Assembly (NCBI GenBank): GCA_950097015.1
Contig: CATNEN010000038.1
Coordinates: 16,740,001-16,804,000, forward strand
From: Macrostomum hystrix
Taxonomy: Eukaryota > Animalia > Platyhelminthes
Reading direction: 5' to 3'
DNA: 64,000 nucleotides
Position 1 is the first letter of the stretch. Each line of letters begins with the position of its first letter. A model generated the notes under the pieces. The model had not been told where the DNA came from, ran no database searches, and saw only the letters and a program-made list of their open reading frames with translations. This document shows, piece after piece, positions 51,701 through 64,000 of the stretch. A program made the position numbers and the translations under genes.

Positions 51701-54700
51701 CATTGTCAGGTGGTGAACACCGTCACTAGGCCTTTATATTGCATGACAGCCCCTTGAAGCTTTCTCTCCGCGACTGCCCGTCAAACGAATGTGGCCTCGC
51801 CGCGGATTCGAGCTCAGGAACACCTGTTTGTTTGTAACACCTGCCCACATAACCTTCGTCGGCTCCTAGATAATAAATACCAAAGTAAATTCTAAGAATT
51901 ATAAATGCAGGCACCAAAAATCTTACCTGCCCTTGACAATGCCAATGAAGAGAAGGAATGAGAACAATAGTTTGTCCTTCTCAAACAGCGACCTGCACAC
52001 GTTGAGGTACACGCAGACTGTGAAGGACTCGTTGAGGGCCTTGATTCGCTCCTGCAGATCCTGAGACTTCGGGCTGGTCTCAATCGTCTGTAAAGTTTTG
52101 AGAAATTCAGTTTTCTATGGACGCTTTTCTACTTTGTACATAGCTCGTAATTTCCAAATTGAAAACGATTTTAGTAGCACAAACAAACATTTATTGCCAG
52201 TTTGCAAACGACTTGCAGTTTTTGCATGCGAACAACACCATCAAGGGAGTTTATTACCAGAAAAACTGTTTACAAGCCCTCTCTAAAATATAAATTACCT
52301 ATTAAAACAAAAATTAAATAATTATGAAACAGTCTAGCTGCTCAACTTCAACCTGTTTAAAGTTAAAGCTTTTGCTATCAAACAGGCTCTTAGCTTGCAA
52401 CCAATCCTAGGCAGCGTTTCTTGTGTCCGAGGACAGAATATATAGTCGAGTACATCAACATGATCAAACGTTACTAAAGCAGATTCACCGAGCTGTTATT
52501 TCCTCAGCAGACGAGTAAATGATTTCACCAATTGGATTAACACTGATTGCTGTGCTATCAAACAGGCATCTTTGCCGTGGCCTTGGTGAGTGTTTTTGCA
52601 TCTTTGCAACAAGTTTGTTACATAATTTCTGAACAAACGATGACTCCATACCTTCTCTACAAGCTTTAAGAATCCAAGTTTTAAAGTTCAAACTTGGTTG
52701 CGTTGTTGGGGGCACTAGAGTTAAAATATCTCGCGAATGCTAATTGATGCGAGTAGATTGACACAAAAAACTCTTGATTTATGGAACATAGTCATAAATA
52801 CGTGTTGTAAGCTAAGAAACACGATCTCACATATACACCCTTCTTCAAATGTTGGCACTCTTGCCAACAAATTTTTCTGCTGGCTCTCTTACCCTCCTTT
52901 TTGGGGTGGCCAGGTACGCTCACTGCAGGGAACCATTTGTGACACACTAAAAGTGGGGAACGAACCTCGCGCTGGCAGACCGAGACCGGTTTCTGGCTTG
53001 TTTGCCTTCGTCAGTCAGCCATAGCCACACGCAGTCCTCTCCCACCACTCTTAGTGTGCACAGAAGTCTCTTTTAAGCTTGCTATTTTTATGGCGATGCT
53101 TTTTAGTGTTATGTGAGAGATTTGCAGCCAAGTCTTTGCTTTTCTACTGTTGTCAGTAGTTTGAATTGTATCTCTCACACAGTCATTCGATTTGGGATGA
53201 ATTGCCAAGAAGGAATTTTGTACCTAAGGTATTTGGTTGAAATACTCCGTGTTCTTTCCACAGTTTAAGGCTTCTTACAGATTATTAACTAGACAATGAT
53301 GTCTATTTTCTCATTTATCCAGAGGGTTTTTCAATGTGTATATTTTTCCGAGATATATTAGTATTTTTTGTAAAAAACACTTTGTTACTTAATCACTCAC
53401 TGCAGAACGTTCACCCTAACTTAAAAATTGCTAATGTGTTGTTTCATGATTCCAGTGCATACGAAATGTTTCTAAAATGTCTACTTGAAGCAACAAACGA
53501 CAGCGAGTTCAGCAAGACTGCAAGTGCTCAGATTCAGTTCAACGGAAGCTCTACTCAACATTCTAGCAGCCGAATGCGCCAATTCTACTAAGAATGCTAG
53601 TGACAACATTTTGCTAATAAACAATTCCTCTGATGGAAGGAGTGCACTCAACGCAAACTATTTCTTTAGCACTTTTCTAGTGATTCTGCTCGTTAACCTG
53701 TTGATCGGTGTGGCTGTCACTGCATGATCGCCTGCGTTTGTTGCTTTCAATTCCGGACAATGAGACGAATTTCAGTTCGTTGCTAAACACATTTAACCTC
53801 AAGCTTTTTATACATCTGCCTCTCATACTAACTGTCCTAAGCTCGAATCCACGTCGAAGCCATATTTATTTGAGTCCCAGCCGCGGAGAGAAGGCTTTGA
53901 GGCTTGTTGTGTAACTTGAGCTGGAGGGCTAAACCCCAAGGCAAGGTAGGAGTGCACACCGCCTGACAGCGACAAAGTCTAATATACACACCTGTGTTAG
54001 CGTGTGCTCAGAGGTCTAATTAGAAGGATAATTACTAACATTTTTAATATGAATGTTTTTAATACTCACGTGAATGTACAGGTTGACAAACCAGGACAGT
54101 GAGTACTGGTACATGGACTCTAGGTGTGCCAGGTCCGATATTGTGAAGAAAAGCAGCGATCCGTGAAAGGCCACCTGTTGGTGAAAGTGACGCACCACCA
54201 AATTTAAACTGAGAGTTGCCTGTTCGCACTAGTCTGAACTAGACTAGCCCATAGAGCTCTGAATCTAGAAACTGAGTGACAACTGAGTCAGCCCACACTG
54301 GACCGGAAAATGGGGGTTTGGCGGGGAGTTGTCACCCAGTTTCTAGATTCAGAACTCAATGATTAGCCATTAGAGCATGGAGACACATTGGCACCTTAGC
54401 TACATCATACTCACGGGTTTGTATCCGTTCCGCACTGAGTCGATCTCCTCTGAAGTGCTCTCGGCAATCTTCTCCTTCTCGCTGATCTCTTCTGACAGAG
54501 CGCGACTCGACGATAGAATCTCGATCGCTGTCTCGTCCTCCAGGATGTTGCCCTGCGAAGTCGACAGTACCTCCAGGATGCGATCTTCAATCTCCTTGAG
54601 CTGGCGCTTGTTTTTGGCACTTTCCAGAATCAGTTGGTTTTTCTTCTCCTCCAGAGCGGGCTTCTCCTTGGCCGTGAGGATGCCGAGTAGCTGGTCTTGC

Positions 54701-57700
54701 AGGCCGTCCGGAGTGATCATGAAGTTTACCAGAGTAACCTGTGTGATTTCGTGTGAGGAGGGTCGTTCAATAAACGGGTTGTCATAGAATTTTTTTTGCT
54801 TGATCAGAAATACAAGCGGGGGAGTGGCAGAGCCGTAAACGCGTTTTCCACTCGCACCAAGGTCCCTGAGCTTAATTCCGCAGCGACGTCACATTCATTT
54901 TGGGCGCAGCCGCTGAGAGAAGGCTTGGGAGCTTGTGCAATTTACGCCACTGAGGGCAAACCTTCAAGGTACAGTGAGAGTGTACACTGCCTGATGACTA
55001 GATCAAGTCAGGGTAGATGTACACACCTGTGTGAGCGTATGCCTGGGTACGGTGTCTGTGTGCGTGTGTGCTCAGGCGTCAGCGAGACGGGTAGAATTGC
55101 CTCCTCGCTGTATGCGGATATAGTGTCACTAAATGATGTGCCATTGCCCACAGCCCTCCTTCTATTATTATTCTTATTAATAATAATAATAATTGATTAC
55201 ACCTGCCCCAATTGGGTCAGATGTGCAGCCGACAGCACAGCCGCAGCTAATGCGCGGCGCATCTGAAGGCTGCGTACAGCTGTTCAGTCCATGGACTGGG
55301 GGGACGCCACACCCACCTTCAATTATCCCAGCTGATGCTGGTACCCATTTAACAGCTGGGTGAGCTGAAGCAATGCAGAGTTAAGTGTCTTGCTAAAGGA
55401 CACAAATTGTTCCAGTGGGGTCGGGAATCGAACCCCTAACCACTATAGGCTACAACCTCTTATTCTTATTATAATTATTCTTATTAATATCAGATTTACA
55501 AGCGCTCACCTTGACTGACCACTCAGGCAGGTAATGAGGATTGCGTAGCCTGGTAGTTACGTAGAGCTTGAAGTCTTCCGAGTACTCAACGCTTCGATCG
55601 CCTAATCTGATGTAGTCGATGCTTGACTGTGGAAAGCGTGAGATTTATACGATTAAGCATTCTCACCTGGACTTCGTTTTTGCTGGTATGTCTTGTACAA
55701 ATTGGTTAGTTTTCAGGATTACCAAGCACCCCTTAAATATTTTAGGTTATTCAATGGCATTCCATAAAAATGTAGAAGGGGTTGGCATTCACAATACTGC
55801 AACTGGTACAAAGGAAAAGAGAAAATGTTTTCAGTAAAAGTATGAAGATTCAATGAAAGGTCGTTGTCAAGTTTTTATCGAGTTTCTAGCTCCAGACAAA
55901 TAGAGAAAACCAGCCTCTGCTACCCTCCGTCTTCTTAGTCCATAATATTATTTTACTCTGAGACGTGTATAATTATATAACATCACGAGTACTGCATTTT
56001 CCAAGCGAATTAGTTTAGTTCTATTTAATTCTGTTATTTTAAGTCGTTCTTGCGTATAATTCGTAGCAAATATAGTTAGCAAACAAAAGTACTCAGTGGG
56101 CTGTATGAAACTGTTAATACGATTGGTCACGATAATGAATTAGTAGCCGTCGTTTGTTGTCATGAAAATACAAGGAAATAATTTACGAATTTCGCACGTC
56201 AGAAATAAAAGGTACTTTCAGAGAGGCACTTACTTGGTCAATCTGGACATTGCGATTTTTGCAGCAATGGGAGAAGCAATTAATGTTATTATATCATGAT
56301 AACAATATGAGCTTTTGAAAGTTTCAAGCTATAATGAACCTTTTACCGAGCGATAAATATTCATCGAAATTGCATGATCACAAAGCGTAAACTTTCTGAA
56401 GTTTTGTCACAGTTGTACGATTAAAAAGCGCAAATGCTATGTTACGGTCTTTGCGTTAAGCGAAGTCTTTGTTCTAGCACACAGTCAGTGAGATCTAATT
56501 TAGTTTATTGAGAAAGCTATGCAAAGTCTGAATATATATCAAACTGTTTACCTGTTTGTAGGTCTGCTTAAGAAATACTGGCTCCAAAATCGGATCCAGA
56601 GTTTCACCCACATTCTCAATCAGACACGGATTTCCAAACTGAAATTTTCGCAATATAAAATTTATGAAGAACGAATATTGAGCGATGTAAATCAATCAGG
56701 TTGTTAAATCCAAACCTGCAGACAGTTCTCCAGTGTTCTCAGATAATTAGCAGTCGACAGCTTGATCACTTCCAGCTTGTTCGCTCTCTCCATATTTTTT
56801 ATCCACTTGTTTGCCTGCGTTTGCGGGTCTATTAGCAGAGGCCAGCGATTAGAGTTGGTAGCTATGATGGCATTGTCCACTGAGAAGCTGCAATGTTTTA
56901 TGTTTTATATGGCATTGACTCGGGATTCGAGCTCGGGAACTACTGTGATTGTCGAACTCCGATCTGTCGGCACTTGACGGCTATGCAATTAGCTGCTTTA
57001 CACGATTCATTAGATGTACATTAATAATTATAAACACAAGGGCTGATGGCAATGGCACATCATTTAGTGACACTAGACCCGCAACCAGCGAGGTGGCAAT
57101 TCTACCCATTTCGCTGACTCCTGAGCACACACGCTCACAGATACTGTACGCAGGCACACGCTTACACTGGTGAGTACATCTGCCCTAACTTTCTCATCGT
57201 CAGGCAGTGTGCAATTTCACTGTTCCTTGGAGGTTGGCCCTCAAGGGCGTAAGTTGCCCGACAAGCCCCAAGCCTTATCACTGCGGCTGCGCCCCAAATG
57301 AATGCGGCCTCGCTGCGGAATCGAGCTCAGGGACCTTTGCGCGAGAGGCAAACGCTTTGACCGCTCTGCCACTCAACCCCATTTTATGTACATTACTTAT
57401 CAGGACTGACTGAATGGTAATCAAATCACAAAAGTATAAGTTACTCCGAAAATGTTACCTGTCCACAGGTAGACCGAAGATCTGCCAGTCGCGAATTCGC
57501 ACTGCATCACCCAAGGTAGCAGTCAGAGAGAAGCTTCTAGACACTGGGATTCTCTTGTCTAGTGCGAGTGCGTGCCAGTTGTTCACACATTCCTGCCATT
57601 TTGTCCGTGGAACACAGTTTTAACAAAAGAACTAGGGATAATTGCCAAATAATATCGATTTTTATTGTCATGTAGAGCAACACTTTCTATAATCGATAAG

Positions 57701-60700
57701 TTTCTTAGTTAAAAGCCTCTAATTTATATATAAGCTATGCACATAGAATTCGCCAAATCATTCTCACCTGTCTGTAAGCGGCAGTGAATGGACCGAGGTA
57801 AGCTACTACTCCGGCGCTAAGCAGCACATCGCCAACGATGTTGTGGTACCTGTCCGTCAGGTAGCCAACCTTCTCGTACCAGCGAACCTTCTCACCGCCG
57901 AGTCCATTAATAAGTCTCTCTGCCCTAACGATCTTTATCTTGCACATTTCAATACTGTGCTCAAGGTTGATCTTCTCCTGTTGTTTATTAGCCAGCGTAG
58001 CGTTCAGGTTTTCGAGTTTAGCGAGAACTTTGTACAGCTCGGCCTGCTTAATCTTGAGCTTCTGCGCCTGCTCCATGAAGATGGCTTGGGCGGCGTTCAA
58101 ACTCTGTCGCTTGGGTGCCACCACTTTGGCCACCTTGTCATAGTCTTCTATGGCCAGGACCCACAAGCAGAGACCCTCGCAAGCGCTGGAGATGTTCTTG
58201 ATGTTGGCTGGGTCGAAATCTGGGTTGGTGACGTACTGCTTTCGAATCCGGGATATATAGGCCTCGGGAATGTTGTCCTTGTCGAACGACTTCAGATTGT
58301 CCAAGAACTTCAGGTCACCGAGCATTTTCTTGGCGGTGGGCCAATAGTCCTCCACAGTTTTACCGTTGGCGTCTGTTTTCTTTTCAGGCTTTAGGCCCTG
58401 GAAAATGTTGTGTAAATCATTTTAATCTAAATTGCTAATCTAAACGCGTTATTCTATTTTGAAGGGCTAGTAAAATCGAAAAAATCTAACCTTCAGGATG
58501 CATACGGCCTCCATAACCAATTTCACTCCGGCTGGCGGGTTCAGCATGGTCTTCACAATGGTGATGTCGTTCTGTTTCAAAGTGTCCAGCGCGGCGATGG
58601 CGGCGTTCATGGCCGGCATGGCCTCAGCTAGCTTCGCTTCGCATTCGTCCTGGGGGGGGGGAATTTAAACAGCCCCTGGAGAACACTGCTCGAAGCATTT
58701 CTATAGTATATTTGCAAGCTGATGTGAGTCTGTGGGCACTGGTCATCATTTGACAGGGACAAGCCAGAAGGATTCAAAAGGGTTCAAACAAACCTTAATA
58801 GCTTTGGCCTCCATAGCGCTTCTATTGGCAACAGCCTCTTCTTCCTCAACGACCTTCTTGACCTGCTCGACTTCAACTGATTCCTTCTCGATCACTCGAA
58901 TGAGCTCGGCAGTTTCCGTGGAGTTTTCAATGAGTCGCGGCTGCAGCTCCTGCAACTCCTGCTGCATCAGCGCGATCTGAAATGTTAAAGCATCTTTAAT
59001 GTTAGTCACACGTCGTCACAATGGCTGTACGATGAGAGCCTAAATCGAATAGGATTTTACGTGGTTCTCAGAGAAGTCCAGCTTCTCTAATCCAACAGTG
59101 TAGCGCTCCTTCTGTGTTAGAATGTCAAGCCTCTGCTTGTTCAGCAGCACTTTATAGGTCTTGATTAGCTCCAAGTAAGATGTTGGAGTGACGTAGGTTC
59201 TACGATTCATGCTGGCTTGGAATCTGGAATTTGAAAGACAGTAAAAAATATTTTTTGTTGCCTAGTTTCAGTAGAACTGCCGAGGGGCGCAATTTTTTGT
59301 GCTGCTCCCGAATAGAAATAACGCAAGCACAAAAAACTCAGGAACATGGGCCAACTTTTTGTTGCGCATCTTCTGAAACAAGAATCAAGTCACCAGCTCT
59401 TCAGACCTTCGAGATATTCAATGTTTCTCGCCGAAGGTCAGATGTTTCCTAAAAGCGCTTGTATTTCATACACCCCTATACACACAAATTAGCACTGCGC
59501 CTCAGTGCGGCCTTGTCAGGACTTCAAAATTTATCAGCATGTCATCTGAATGTTACCTAGACGGATTCGCTGGACCTTCAAGGGCTACAACAGGTTAAAA
59601 AAGCCACTATGGACACCCTGATGCGAATTTTTTCAATTTCACCGATCAAGCCTAAATACTAGGCGCAGCTCAACCACAGTACACATTGTCTAGTCTGTCA
59701 ACCAATCAGTCACCACCCAACGCTGTTTGCATTCAGGCGCTACCAAAAAAATTTCTGTCGAGCGGAAATCTCCCCTAGGTATAAAAGCGGGCGGCAAAAT
59801 GGCTTGGCAGTCCTACTGTTAAACAATGGCGTCCTTATCTAGCCACTCACTTTTCAGAGAGATGTCTGACGCTCTCATGAAAGTTCTTGCAGATGCTGAC
59901 GGTAGCGTCGCGAACTTCGCCTGTCATCTCTACATCGTCCAGGTAGCGGTTGGCCACTAACTCGAGCGCGTCCTCGGGCCACGGCTTGAACCAGTCGATG
60001 GTGCAGCAGCTGATCAATGACGGAAACATCCGCAGACGGACGCGGAATTGATCGCCAATCGGAGAAAAGCACAGAGCAATGTGCAGATGGCTCTTGATAC
60101 GCTCGATGAACTTGTTGTACATATTGAGCGGAGTAATCTCAATCTGAAGGTTGGCTTGTTGGACAAACAGCTGGGTCTGTGGGCGAATATTTTAAAGAAA
60201 AAAAATGTAATTTGAGTTGCATAGAAAACTTTTGTTTCGGGGATAATATGCAACTAACTGTGGGGGGAGCAGTTAACGGGTTTGCCTCTCGCACAAAGGT
60301 CCTGCACGAGCTCGATTACGCGGCTAGGCCACATTCATTAGGGCAGCCACAGACAGAAGGCTTGGTGGCTTGTCGTAAACTGTAAGCCATTGAGAGCCAA
60401 GGCACAGTGAGAGTGTACGCTGCCTGATGATGAGAAAGACAGGGCAGATGTACACAACATGTTTGAGTGTATTCCTGATTATAGTATTTGTGTGCTTGTG
60501 TGTGCTCAACTGTCTTCAAACAGTGTGCCAGTGCCCACAGCCCTTCTGCAAATATTATCCTTGTATGTAACTACGTCGGAAATACCTTTTCAACAATTTC
60601 TAGCCTCTCCTCATTTGTGAAGATGTTAGGAATGTCAGCTGTGTTCAGCAGCAGGTTGATATCCTCCATGAATGAGATGCTCTTGATCTGATGGTCGCCA

Positions 60701-63184
60701 AAGAGGAAGGTGACGTTCTGGCCTTCGAGACCAGCCTTGAGGATCAGTTTCTTAATGTCCTCCCGCCAGTCATTAACCGAGTAGTGCTTTGTTATCTCAA
60801 TCTGGAATAGCTCAAAGTCGCAGATGAAGGTTGCCAGCCGGGTCGCGCTCTGGCGCCCGCTACCACCGATGCCGACGAGCAGCACGTGGCCGCTGGGCTG
60901 CTTCAGTACCCGGCAGATGCGAGCCACGTGTTCGATTGCGAAACCGAACAGCACCAGATCCATTGGCGAAGTAGATATCTCATTGTAGTCTTCCAGGTAG
61001 CGCACCATGTCCTGTCTGAGCTGGCTACCATGGTCAGTCAGCTCGCAGTAGAGCTTCTGTCCACCGGGAAGAGCGTCGCGACCCTTCAGAAAGTCGCCAA
61101 ACATAAGCTTTCTCATGTCAGAGTCTTTCAGTGGCTGCTCCGGTGTCTGCATTCCGTCAAAGATGACAGCGGACTTTTCCTTGAAGCCAGTCTCGATGGT
61201 AGTTTTCACCAGCGAAAAGAAGTGCTCGCAGTCGGCCTCGCTAACTAAACGGTCGTAGAAAACCCGATAGACTTCGTGCGTCCACAGGCGAACCACGGAG
61301 CGAGCGAATTCCGATGCGTGCTTTGGCATCGCCTGAGGCTTCAGCAACATGTAGCCATGTACTACGCGAGAGAAGTCGCGCAGGTTGAACAGGTAGTGAC
61401 TGCGGCTCGGTGTGGGCAGGTAATCTTTCACAACTGACATGTACAGTTGAGCTGTGCAATTGACAATCATGCGAGAATAGCGTTTGAGACTATTGTCGAA
61501 GCCCTGGTTCAAGTGGTGGTCCAGGATGGGCTGGAAAATGCTCTTCATCGTTTCCTCATCGAACGCGCTGACACCGATGAGCACGCAGTGTCGCAGGAAG
61601 CGTCGCGTTATTAGCTGTCTACCGCCACTGACATCCATGGCGCAAACTAGACTTACGTTCTGCACCTTCACCACTGTAGTGTCCTTCCTGTATTTGAAAC
61701 AAAAAGTTACATTCTTAATGGACAAGCTTTGCATGAAAAAAATTTCCGATCGTAATTTCTTACTGGATCCATTCAATAAAGCGAAGCAATGTGAACAGAT
61801 TCTGAAATTTCGTACACGTACCTGTCATACCAGAACCCGTGGTCCGCAAGCTGGCGAAGCACTTCAATCGGTGGCTGAGCCCCGTACTTCTCCTTAGCCG
61901 GCATATTCAGGTCATCAACGAACACAACTAAGCGGCGGTTCAGCTGCGGCATGTACAGTCCTTTGCGCACTCGGTCCAGCTTGGCGAAGAAATTGTCTTG
62001 AACCGAATCGCCGGATGTCTGCGCTGAAAAGTTGACGGTGTGCGTCACATAGAGCTTCGGATCCAGCGAGTGAAGGAAACTCTTTGCCACGGCTGTCTTC
62101 GAGGTCCCGGTTGGTCCGATCAGCAGGCAGGGCACATTGTTGGCTAGCAGGCGGTTCAAGAAGTAGCTCTCAATATGGGTCTGGACTACTGGCACAATGA
62201 TCTCCTGAATGGGCTTGGTCTTCACCTCCTCTTCGATTTCCACGGGTTTGATCTGGCTGCTCCACTGGGTCCAGGAACCGAACGGCTTTGTCACGTACAC
62301 GTGATCGAACACCGTTCCTCGCTTGGGTATGAGCAGGTTTCTAGCGCACCTGAGACCTTTCGGCCGCGGATAGGGGGCGGTGTTGCCTTCGGGCATGTCG
62401 CAGAGTTCGCGGAAGAACTGGTCGAACACCTCGCGACCGTGCTGATCCAGCAGGCTGCCAGTGCCCCAGACAACAGCGAAGAAGAAGTTGCTCAGCATGA
62501 CGTTGCTGCGCTCGTCTTCAATCTTCTGCGCCGATCTGGTCGGCTTTTTAACAAGTTCTGGATTCTCGGAGTCGAACTCGAAGTCATCGTCGTCATCCTC
62601 CTCCTTCTCGCCGATAAGTCTAGACAAAAAAGGTAGGTAATAGATTAGTACAATTATAAACTTTGTATCTTTATTCAGAATTGTAGATTGTGCAGTCACT
62701 CACTTGAGGTCTTGCAGGAGGGCAGAATACAGGTTGAGAACGCTCATAGTCATGTGATTGGGATTCACAGGTATCGGCAGCAGACATGAGCGTCCAAAAA
62801 AGGCCAGACAGGGCGGCAGGATCCAGTTAAACAGCAGGCGAATCTGCCTGGCCTGTTCTGGGCCAACTTCCGGTGGCAGCTGGTAGCGCAGCCAGGCATC
62901 AACCAGCGGCTGGTGGGTGAGCTCCCGGACCTCCATGTAGACCATACCGCAGCGGCTAACAGTGGCAGGGCTGGCTTGGTCCAAATCCCTGGGCTCAAAT
63001 ATCATGTTCTGTCTAGGCGACATTTGAATTATTTCGCCAGACATCAGACACAGCTTCCGATTGTCATCCAGCACAGTGTTCATGTTCTCGATCCAGACAG
63101 CGTCCACTGGGCCGTCGAATACAATCCATTTGCGCTCCTCTTGATAGGAGGCTGCGTGTTCGCGAAATATGTTGGCCAGAACGC
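45737..63184 (-). CDS. DNAH3: Axonemal inner-arm dynein heavy chain, DNAH3-like, 5' partial; 25 exons: 63184-62704, 62619-61822, 61687-60586, 60176-59851, 59223-59061, 58976-58794, 58649-58491, 58397-57768, 57592-57459, 56887-56716, 56638-56552, 55626-55510, 54738-54415, 54174-54070, 52087-51927, 51301-51130, 49950-49602, 49410-49325, 49223-48792, 48068-47808, 47721-47533, 47388-47113, 46412-46233, 46161-45975, 45882-45737
   Basis: Motifs [51 protein letters not shown], stalk/[25 protein letters not shown] and C-terminal [14 protein letters not shown]...HWINRG. All junctions are GT-AG and phase-consistent. The DNAH3 assignment within the DNAH3/7/12 group is from recalled similarity, not a search. 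Confidence 0.9.
46645..46955 (-). mobile_element. SINE family B, full-length, in a dynein intron
   Basis: Reverse complement reads TAGCCTAGTGGTT (A box) ... GGTTCGATTCC (B box) ... CORE-like block ... ATT tail. Confidence 0.8.
48285..48570. mobile_element. MITE-like repeat with inverted CGAGATATTCAGTGATTCT arms; related fragments at 24464-24532, 33820-33891, 36400-36450 and 46510-46640
   Basis: GCATTGTCGAGATATTCAGTGATTCT at about 48288 pairs with AGAATCACTGAATATATCGACGATGC at about 48523. The shared GTCGAAGACCC(T/-)TGGTGACAAG block recurs elsewhere. Confidence 0.6.
50755..51080. repeat. Degenerate ~25-bp repeat CTACTCAGGTAGAATGAC
   Basis: About 10 diverged copies in a dynein intron. Confidence 0.7.
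51446..51822. mobile_element. SINE family A (+, 51446-51690) and an inverted SINE A fragment (-, 51730-51822)
   Basis: Same head and body as the other family A copies. Confidence 0.7.
54249..54362. repeat. Short palindromic MITE-like insert (CATAGAGCTCTGAATCTAGAAACTG / CAGTTTCTAGATTCAGAACTCAATG)
   Basis: Imperfect inverted arms of about 35 bp in a dynein intron. Confidence 0.7.
54817..55458. mobile_element. Tail-to-tail SINE A (+, 54817-55185) and SINE B (-, 55180-55458)
   Basis: Two full-length SINEs of different families meet at a shared ATT/AAT tail. Confidence 0.8.
57020..57380 (-). mobile_element. SINE family A, full-length
   Basis: Reverse complement begins GGGGTTGAGTGGCAGAGCGG and has the conserved body and 3' end. 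Confidence 0.82.
59406..59822 (+). mobile_element. ~420-bp dispersed non-autonomous repeat (second copy of about 10836-11255)
   Basis: Collinear similarity (ATACACCCCTATACAC, CTGCGCCTCAGTGCG, TCAACCAATCAGTCACCACCC). Both copies end in CTGTTAA. Confidence 0.75.
60260..60508 (+). mobile_element. SINE family A, diverged copy
   Basis: GAGCTCGATT B-box-like motif and the CTGATGATGAGAAAG core. Confidence 0.7.
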
Positions 63185-64000
63185 CTGCAAAGTGACATTT
63201 CCGGTATTGGAATTAATCTACGACGCTATCACAAGCTATAAACTTTAACGTTAATATTACCGAAGAAGATAAACTTTTCCTCAGAAACAGGACTTTAATC
63301 TTACGTACTTAATCTCCAAACAAATAAAAATAAGAGTTGTCATTTCGCTTGAAAAAATACCCCAATAAAACTAATGTTTGTAAACACGGTACATAATTTT
63401 ATGACGCGTAGACCCAGCGTATGAGAGACAATTCTGCCCATTCAGCTGACTCCTGAGCACACACATTCAGATGCCGTCCGCAGCTACATACACTCAGCAA
63501 CATTAAAAACCGCCACCCTAGAGCGAGGGAAACGATTCATCTCAACTCACTACCACAAATGACGCAATGTGCACCTGAGAGAGAGGTGAAAAACCGCGAA
63601 TGACGCAATGCACTCTGCTCACCCACCCTGACTCCGTAAGCAGAGAAACGAAAGAGAGTCAAACTACCTGACAGTAGCATGGAAATTCGGGTGTGTTAAT
63701 AAATAACTGCTGCCTCCAGTGAATTCGCTGCATCGCCCACAGCTCTCGTGTGGCGCTGTGAGCAGGCGTCAGTCGGGGGCGCTTGCGCATCTTCCGGCAG
63801 CGCAGCCCATGCAGCCGCCCAAATTCTCCCTCGAATTGTTTGGGCGCTCAAGATGTTCCCGCGCCTGCTTCTTTCACCCCAGATGAGTCGAAGCAATGTG
63901 GCAGGTAAGGTGGGGTTTCCAGCAGTCGCCGATCAGCCCTTGCTGTGCTCCGCAGATGACGGCGCTGGACTCCACGACTTGCGTGCGCGACACTGCCAGT

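Noticed and set aside
52300-53800. Possible nested gene or decayed retroelement in the 2-kb dynein intron
   Set aside because: Only short ORFs with no motif I can recognise. A tBLASTx or HMM search would be needed.
58652-58662. Poly-G run as a G-quadruplex or frameshift signal
   Set aside because: It is the C-rich polypyrimidine tract of a minus-strand dynein splice acceptor.
57843-62636. Long + strand ORFs overlapping dynein exons
   Set aside because: Antisense shadows of GC-rich coding exons.
63690-64000. GC-rich segment as a further dynein exon
   Set aside because: The frames examined gave no dynein-like sequence. It is possibly the 3' end of a LINE-like insertion, but this is unsupported.

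Overview
Eukaryotic (metazoan, most likely flatworm such as Macrostomum; inference from repeat and gene style) genomic DNA, not prokaryotic. It holds four spliced protein-coding genes: innexin-1 (+, 28055-32260, 3 coding exons), a C1GALT1/T-synthase-like gene lacking the catalytic DxD motif (+, 36787-38925, 4 exons), innexin-2 (-, 40375-41796, 3 exons), and the 3' part (25 exons, AAA2 to C-terminus) of an axonemal inner-arm dynein heavy chain, DNAH3-like (-, 45737-63184, continuing beyond the window). The first 28 kb has no host CDS. It carries a 7.6 kb 35-bp satellite abutting a CCAAT/TATA promoter-like site, 37-, 24- and 43-bp minisatellites, (TCTCC/TGTCC)n tracts with a 1658-bp tandem duplication, and a full-length DD34D mariner with one frameshift. 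Two tRNA-headed SINE families, a hAT MITE, a Penelope-like fragment, a foldback enclosing a 59-bp array and several palindromic elements are dispersed through the window. The most notable observations are: a set of palindromic elements sharing a CCATAGAC...GTCTATGG motif, one apparently inserted into an inverted copy of itself; a likely pseudo-enzyme T-synthase paralog; CCAAT-box satellites next to candidate alternative first exons of innexin-1; and hammerhead-like core motifs in a SINE hairpin. All exon boundaries and counts were read by eye.
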